NCBI GenBank assembly: GCA_036479435.1
Contig: JAZGFI010000053.1
Span: 1-32,877 of the forward strand
DNA length: 32,877 nucleotides
Direction: 5' to 3'
Origin: Planctomycetota bacterium
GTDB taxonomy: Bacteria; Planctomycetota; GCA-002687715; DRQF01
The notes beneath the pieces were generated by a model. The model saw only the letters and a program-made list of their open reading frames with translations, was not told the DNA's origin and did not search any database. Position numbers and translations under genes: made by a program. Below, piece by piece: positions 27,742 through 32,877 of this stretch (position 1 is its first letter; the number at the start of each line of letters is the position of its first letter).

Positions 27742-28749
27742 ATGACGACCGATCGCGACAATTTTCCAGCTGACCCTGGCGTGGATAACCGCCCCATGAG
27801 TGACATGGCCACGCAGATATTAGAAGGCTTGACCAAGGCCATGTTGGCGGACGACAAGGTCTTGTGCCTGGGCAACGAAACCGAAACTCAAGGCGGGCTC
27901 TTCGGCGCGACCCGAGGCTTGGTCGAGGATTTTGGCCCCGAACGGGTCCTGACTTTGCCCGACAATCCGCGTGCTCAACTTGCGACAGCTTTGGGAATGG
28001 CGCATGCCGGACTACGCCCCGTGCTGAGTTTGAACTTCGGTGACGATGTGCTCGGAGCGTTGGACATCCTCTGCGATGACATCGCCACCTTGCGCTATCG
28101 CAGTGGCGGGCAGAATTCTTGTCCGATGGTGCTGCGACTCCCCAGTGGCGGCGGCATCGGAGCCGGCCCCGCGCACAGCCGCGACCTGGCTCGCGAACTC
28201 GGCGGCCAAGCTGGCTTGCGCGTCGTCGCCTGTGGTTCGGCGGCAACCGCCAAGAGCTTGATTGAGCAAGCTATACGCAGCGACGACCCCGTCGTGCTGC
28301 TGGAACCAAAATCGCTCTATCGCGAGCGCGCGGCGGCAAGGGTCGCTGAGCTCGATCGGGCCTTGGTTCTCCACCAAGGCGATGATCTCAGCCTTTTCGC
28401 CTGGGGCGCTGCCGTTCCGGTCGCTCGCGAAGCTGTGGAGCAAGCGGCCGAACTGGGCATCGAGATTGAGTTGATCGACCTCGTCAGCATCAACCCGCTG
28501 GACGAAGAGACGATCTTGTCCTCGCTTCGCAAGACCGGCCGCGGTGTCATCGTCGAAGAAGGCAGTAAGCGCGGCGGCATCGGCGCCGAAGTCGCCGCGG
28601 TGATCGCCGAACGTGCCATTGATTCGCTTGAGGCACCGCTTCTGCGCGTCGCCGGTTGGAACACGCCCCTTAGCCGTTGCGGCGAGGAGCTCTACAGACC
28701 AGATTGCGGTCGCGTCATGCGAGCCGTCGAACAAGTCATCGATTTCTGA
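27742..28749 (+). CDS. 2-oxoacid dehydrogenase E1 beta-like protein lacking the ThDP-activating Glu
   Basis: GGLFGATRGL..FG..RV, RYRSGG, P.GGG.G...HS, DPVVLLEPKSLY, IDL.SI.PLD, KTGR, LEAPLLRV. The DTPxxE motif reads TLPDNP. Start uncertain (27715, 27742 or 27796). Confidence 0.85.
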   Translation: MTTDRDNFPADPGVDNRPMSDMATQILEGLTKAMLADDKVLCLGNETETQGGLFGATRGLVEDFGPERVLTLPDNPRAQLATALGMAHAGLRPVLSLNFGDDVLGALDILCDDIATLRYRSGGQNSCPMVLRLPSGGGIGAGPAHSRDLARELGGQAGLRVVACGSAATAKSLIEQAIRSDDPVVLLEPKSLYRERAAARVAELDRALVLHQGDDLSLFAWGAAVPVAREAVEQAAELGIEIELIDLVSINPLDEETILSSLRKTGRGVIVEEGSKRGGIGAEVAAVIAERAIDSLEAPLLRVAGWNTPLSRCGEELYRPDCGRVMRAVEQVIDF

Positions 28750-28761
28750 AAGGGATAGGCC

Positions 28762-30033
28762 GTGGCCTTCGAATTCAAATTGCCCGATCTCGGTGAAGGG
28801 GTCGCCGAGGGTGAGATCATCGAGTGGAAAGTCGCAGTTGGCGACACCGTCGAAGAAGACACTGCGTTGGTCGAAGTCATGACCGACAAGGCGACCGTCG
28901 AGATCCCCTCGCCGCAAGCGGGGACGATCAAAGAGATCCGTCACGAAGCGGGTGCCGTGGTGCCCGTGGGAGAAGTACTCGTGGTGATCGAGGGGGGCGG
29001 CGAATCCGCGACTCCGGCCGCTGCCGCACCTGCGGAGGCAACACCGCAGGTGCAAGCGGAGGTCAAGCTCGCGCCACCCGCGAGTGGCGCCAGCGCCCCG
29101 GTGGCCGCTCCGGCTCCACGGGCGGCAGCGCCCGCCGCGAACTCCGCCTCGGTCTTGGCGGCCCCGGCAACGCGCAAGCTGGCGCGTGAACTCGGAGTTG
29201 ACTTGAGCGCCGCCCAAGGCAGTGGTCCTCGCGGGCGCGTCACCAAAGATGACGTGCGCGCCCTCGTTGGCACTAGCCCCCAAGCCACTCCGACGGCGGG
29301 CGCCTCGGCGCCCGTCACGCGGCCCGAGGGATCACGACAAACGATCACTCCGTATCGCGGATTGCGCAAAAAAATCGGCGATCAAATGGTCGCGAGCGCC
29401 TTCAGCAAACCGCACTTCACTTTGGTCGAAGAAATCGACATGACCGCGGTCAACGATTTGCGCAAGACCTACAAAGAAACCGCGGCCGAACGCGGAGTGA
29501 AGCTCACCTTTTTGCCCTTCATCATGAAGGCCTTGATCGCGGCCTTGAAGCACCATCCCGCCCTCAACGCTATCCTCGACGAGCAAGCGGGCGAGATTAT
29601 CACCTACGACGACGTCCACCTTGGCTTTGCCCTCGACACCGACCGCGGCTTGATGGTGCCTGTCATCCACGACGCCAACCGCAAGAACATGTACGAGCTT
29701 GCCGGTGATCTCGGACGTTTGAGCGGCGCCGGCCGCGACGGCAGCATTTCGCGCGAAGAGATGAGCGGCTCGACGATCACCATCACCAGCGCTGGTTCCA
29801 TCGGTGGCTTGTTTGCCACACCGATCATCAACCATCCCGAGGTTGCCATCCTCGGCATCTACCGCATTGAGGATCGCCCCGTGGTCGTCGCTGGCGACGT
29901 CGTCGTGCGCAAGATGATGTACATGTCGATCACCTTGGATCACCGAATCGTCGATGGCGGCGAAGCGGCGCGTTTCATGAACACGATGAAGCGCCTCCTC
30001 GGCGACCCCCGAACGATGCTGATGGAGGCATAG
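28762..30033 (+). CDS. Dihydrolipoamide acyltransferase (E2) with a single lipoyl domain
   Basis: Lipoyl domain EVMTDKA, Ala/Pro linker, subunit-binding domain AAPATRKLARELGVDL..GSGPRGRVTKDDV, catalytic DHRIVDG. Confidence 0.95.
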   Translation: MAFEFKLPDLGEGVAEGEIIEWKVAVGDTVEEDTALVEVMTDKATVEIPSPQAGTIKEIRHEAGAVVPVGEVLVVIEGGGESATPAAAAPAEATPQVQAEVKLAPPASGASAPVAAPAPRAAAPAANSASVLAAPATRKLARELGVDLSAAQGSGPRGRVTKDDVRALVGTSPQATPTAGASAPVTRPEGSRQTITPYRGLRKKIGDQMVASAFSKPHFTLVEEIDMTAVNDLRKTYKETAAERGVKLTFLPFIMKALIAALKHHPALNAILDEQAGEIITYDDVHLGFALDTDRGLMVPVIHDANRKNMYELAGDLGRLSGAGRDGSISREEMSGSTITITSAGSIGGLFATPIINHPEVAILGIYRIEDRPVVVAGDVVVRKMMYMSITLDHRIVDGGEAARFMNTMKRLLGDPRTMLMEA

Positions 30034-30036
30034 GCG

Positions 30037-31437
30037 GTGGAATCTTTCGATACCGTTGTCGTTGGCTCGGGGCCGGGAGGTTACGTGGCCGCCATTCGTC
30101 TCGGGCAGCTCGGGGTTAAGACCGCCATAATTGAAAAAGGCGAGCTCGGGGGGGTGTGCCTAAACTGGGGCTGCATCCCGTCCAAGGCCTACATCAACGC
30201 CGCAAAAGTCATCGAGCACATCGAGACCGCAGCTGAGATCGGCATCAGCGCCTCCAAGCCCACAGTTGATCTGGCGAAGATGAAGACTTGGAAGGACGGC
30301 ATCGTCACCAAGCTGACCGGAGGCATCGGTTTTCTGCTCGAGAAAAACGGCGTCACCATCATCAAGGGTGAGGCGAGTTTCAAAAACGACAGCACGCTTA
30401 TCGTGAAGGGCAAAGAAACTAAAGAGCTGAGATTCAAAAACGCGATTGTCGCGACCGGTTCTCGCTCGACGGAGATCCCGCCCTTTCCCTTTGACGGCGA
30501 GTTCGTGTTGACGAGCCGTCACATGCTCGCGCTGACGAAAGTCCCCAAAGACCTTGTCGTCGTGGGCGGCGGGGTCATCGGGCTTGAAATCGGCATGTTC
30601 ATGAACAAGTTCGGATCGAAGGTCACCGTCCTTGAGATGACCAAGCAAGTCTTGCCCGGCATCGACCCTGAGATCGTCAAAGTCTTGGTGCGCAAACTCA
30701 AAAAGCGCGGCATCAAAGTCATGACGGAAACCAAAGCACTCGGCTTTGAGGGCAAGGCTGGCAAGTTGAAGGTCCGCGCCGAGGACAAAAAAGGCAAGGT
30801 CCACGAGATACCGGCGGAAAAGATCCTCGTCAGTGTCGGCCGCCGTCCGAATAGTGAAAACATCGGGCTCGAAAAAGTTGGTATCAAGCTTGACGCGCAG
30901 GGCTTCATCACCGTGGATGCGCAGCTAAAAACCTCGAACCCCAAGATCTTCGCAATCGGCGACGTCGCCGGTGGCGCACTCTTGGCCCACAAAGCCTCGA
31001 AAGAGGGACTCGTTGCCGCGGCCGTGATTTCCGGCAAGAACGAAATCTACGACGTGCGCGTCATGCCCGCCGCCGTCTTCACCGACCCCGAGATCGCCAC
31101 CGCCGGCTTGACGGAAGCCGAGGCCAAAGCCGCCGGTCACAAGGTTCGGGTCGGCAGTTTTCCCTACAGTGCGCTCGGCAAAGCCATGGCGGTCCGCGAA
31201 ACCGAGGGCTTCGTCAAGATGGTCGCCGACGCCGACAGCGATCGTGTTCTCGGCGTGCACATCATCGGTTACGAAGCCTCGAACCTAATTTCTGAAGCAG
31301 CCCTTGCGATCGAAATGGGCGCCTGCGTCGAAGACATCGCCTTGACCGTCCACCCCCACCCCACCATCGGCGAGAGCATGATGGAGGCAGCAGAAGCGGT
31401 ACACGGCCACGCGATCCACATCTACAATCCCAAGTAA
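30037..31437 (+). CDS. lpdA: Dihydrolipoyl dehydrogenase (E3)
   Basis: [45 protein letters not shown]. Confidence 0.97.
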   Translation: MESFDTVVVGSGPGGYVAAIRLGQLGVKTAIIEKGELGGVCLNWGCIPSKAYINAAKVIEHIETAAEIGISASKPTVDLAKMKTWKDGIVTKLTGGIGFLLEKNGVTIIKGEASFKNDSTLIVKGKETKELRFKNAIVATGSRSTEIPPFPFDGEFVLTSRHMLALTKVPKDLVVVGGGVIGLEIGMFMNKFGSKVTVLEMTKQVLPGIDPEIVKVLVRKLKKRGIKVMTETKALGFEGKAGKLKVRAEDKKGKVHEIPAEKILVSVGRRPNSENIGLEKVGIKLDAQGFITVDAQLKTSNPKIFAIGDVAGGALLAHKASKEGLVAAAVISGKNEIYDVRVMPAAVFTDPEIATAGLTEAEAKAAGHKVRVGSFPYSALGKAMAVRETEGFVKMVADADSDRVLGVHIIGYEASNLISEAALAIEMGACVEDIALTVHPHPTIGESMMEAAEAVHGHAIHIYNPK

Positions 31438-31452
31438 CGAATTCAGGTTCAG

Positions 31453-32154
31453 GTGAACGAAGGCTCGCGACAACATGACCAGGGTCAAGGTCACGAGCCT
31501 TTTGCGCTTAGGGTCGAAGTCCTAGGCGTCGTCGACTACGCCGACGCCTTGGCCCGTCAAGAAGACCTCGTCGCCCGCCGCGCCCGCGATGAAGTTGGCG
31601 ACACGCTCCTGCTCTTAGAACATCCGGCTCTCTTTACTCTGGGTCGGGGCAGCGACCGCGCGAGCCTTCCCCAAAACTCAGATCTCCCTCTGATCGAAAC
31701 GCGTCGCGGCGGCAACATCACTTACCACGGCCCGGGGCAGATCGTCGGCTACTGGATTCGAAAGCTCGTCGGCGAAGACCGCGATCTGCATCGGCACCTA
31801 CGTCTCATCGAAGAGCTCCTCATTCGATCCTTAGCTGACTTCGAAGTCGCAGCTTCGCACCGCGAGGGCCTCACCGGAGTCTGGACGGAAGGCGGCAAGA
31901 TCGCCTCGATCGGTGTCGCGGTTCGATCTTGGGTCACCTACCACGGATTTGCCCTCAACATCGACGTCGACCCCGCCATCTACAGGCATTTTCGCCCCTG
32001 CGGCCTCGAAGGCTCAGTCATGACGAACCTCGCGACAGAACTCAAAAACCAAGCTGCGACTCCAAAGGTGGAGGGCCACCACTCCTTGGCCATCGAGGCC
32101 CTCACCCGAGCGTTCAAGACGATTGATCCATCTACGACGGCATCGTGGGGTTAA
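31453..32154 (+). CDS. lipB: Lipoyl(octanoyl) transferase
   Basis: [32 protein letters not shown]. Confidence 0.94.
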   Translation: MNEGSRQHDQGQGHEPFALRVEVLGVVDYADALARQEDLVARRARDEVGDTLLLLEHPALFTLGRGSDRASLPQNSDLPLIETRRGGNITYHGPGQIVGYWIRKLVGEDRDLHRHLRLIEELLIRSLADFEVAASHREGLTGVWTEGGKIASIGVAVRSWVTYHGFALNIDVDPAIYRHFRPCGLEGSVMTNLATELKNQAATPKVEGHHSLAIEALTRAFKTIDPSTTASWG

Positions 32155-32529
32155 GAACAGAGAAAATAGGTCAGAGGGAGAATGATGACTGGCACGATAT
32201 GGCAGGTTCTTGATCGCCAGGAGTGGGGAATCGGTATGACAATTCGTCGCAGGCCAAAAGCACAGCTTGGCCCAGACTCGGGCCGCAGATTCGCCTTCTT
32301 GCATGATAAAGACCAGTAACCTCACTACCTTCCTATGGCACTTAGGTGCTTGGGCGGGGAAGCTTGGGAGTGGGGTATTGGCTCTGGAGTGGCTTCAGGG
32401 GTGAGGCAAGACCCAAAAAAACCGACGACAAAAAGATGGATGCTTTGCCAATGTCGGACAGGCCTGTATAAAGGCGAGTCCTCGGCAAGGATGTTGTTCC
32501 GGTCCAAGGCGCCCACAATGCGGGCGGGT

Positions 32530-32647
32530 GGGAGTTTCGCTCCCTAAGAAGCAGTTGCCAGAGATCACCTACCTGTTCACTCGGGTTTGTACCCGAGGAT
32601 ACCTGTCGGCAGAAGTTCGCTTCTGCCAAGAGTCGGCTTGCCGACTT
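32530..32647 (+). promoter_or_regulatory. Hairpin-rich putative 5' leader of the downstream secreted-protein gene
   Basis: GGGAG-TTTCG-CTCCC; CTCGGGT-TTGT-ACCCGAG; GGCAGAAG-TTCG-CTTCTGCC; AGTCGG-CTTG-CCGACT. Confidence 0.5.
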
Positions 32648-32678
32648 CCCCCCTTTGGTTTATTTGAGGAACCTAAAA

Positions 32679-32877
32679 ATGAAAACTGGATTTAAGGCAC
32701 TCGCCTTTGCTCTCGTCGCGACCCTTTGTGTCGCGGGCATGGCAAGCGCTCAGTTTGACGTGAATGGCCCTAACGCCAATCTCACGCTTCAGGGCAACGT
32801 CCCTAGCGCTGTCGACCCCGTCAACCACGACGTCACTGTCTTGGTTCCGGGCAACATGGTTTTGTCGATCACCACGG
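32679..32877 (+). CDS. Secreted protein, N-terminal part (truncated by the window edge; absent from the ORF track)
   Basis: GAGGA RBS, then MKTGFKALAFALVATLCVAGMASA-QFDVNGPNANLTLQG...: a classic Sec signal peptide with an ASA cleavage site. The frame is open to the window end. Confidence 0.8.
   Translation, partial: MKTGFKALAFALVATLCVAGMASAQFDVNGPNANLTLQGNVPSAVDPVNHDVTVLVPGNMVLSITT

Noticed and set aside
26678..28749. E1 alpha/beta as plain pseudogenes
   Set aside because: There are no stops or frameshifts, the lengths are near normal and coupling to lipA is retained. They are kept as CDS, though early decay cannot be excluded without orthologues.
32190..32350. Two TGGCAC...GC motifs resembling sigma-54 promoters
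   Set aside because: The GG-to-GC spacing is 9 nt in both; sigma-54 requires 10.

Overview
GC-rich bacterial chromosomal region made up mostly of housekeeping genes. Tandem large-insert signal peptidases coupled to lptB and a DUF1570-like HExxH lipoprotein suggest Planctomycetota (inference). In order: lepB(partial)-lepB-lptB; REC/HD-GYP regulator; etfBA; HExxH lipoprotein; PTS-IIA-prfB (programmed +1 frameshift)-purH; hydrolase/His-cluster membrane protein/ZnuA-like binding protein; secreted esterase; SDR-type threonine dehydrogenase-kbl; an unknown protein; archaeal-type valS; gltX; HEAT-like protein; lipA-E1alpha-E1beta-E2-lpdA-lipB; start of a secreted protein. No rRNA, tRNA, CRISPR array, transposase or phage genes were seen. 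Best leads: (1) both E1 subunits are intact ORFs that have lost the ThDP/Mg-binding and ThDP-activating residues while E2, E3, LipA and LipB keep their motifs, suggesting a pseudo-E1; (2) two convergent structured small-RNA candidates beside gltX, each with a sigma-28-like promoter, GNRA hairpins, GGA-rich stretches and an intrinsic terminator; (3) an orphan metal-binding module with an altered ligand set; (4) a possible RNase-fold protein divergent from valS; (5) an 86-bp element with 26-bp inverted repeats. All family calls come from reading motifs by eye; no database searches were run.
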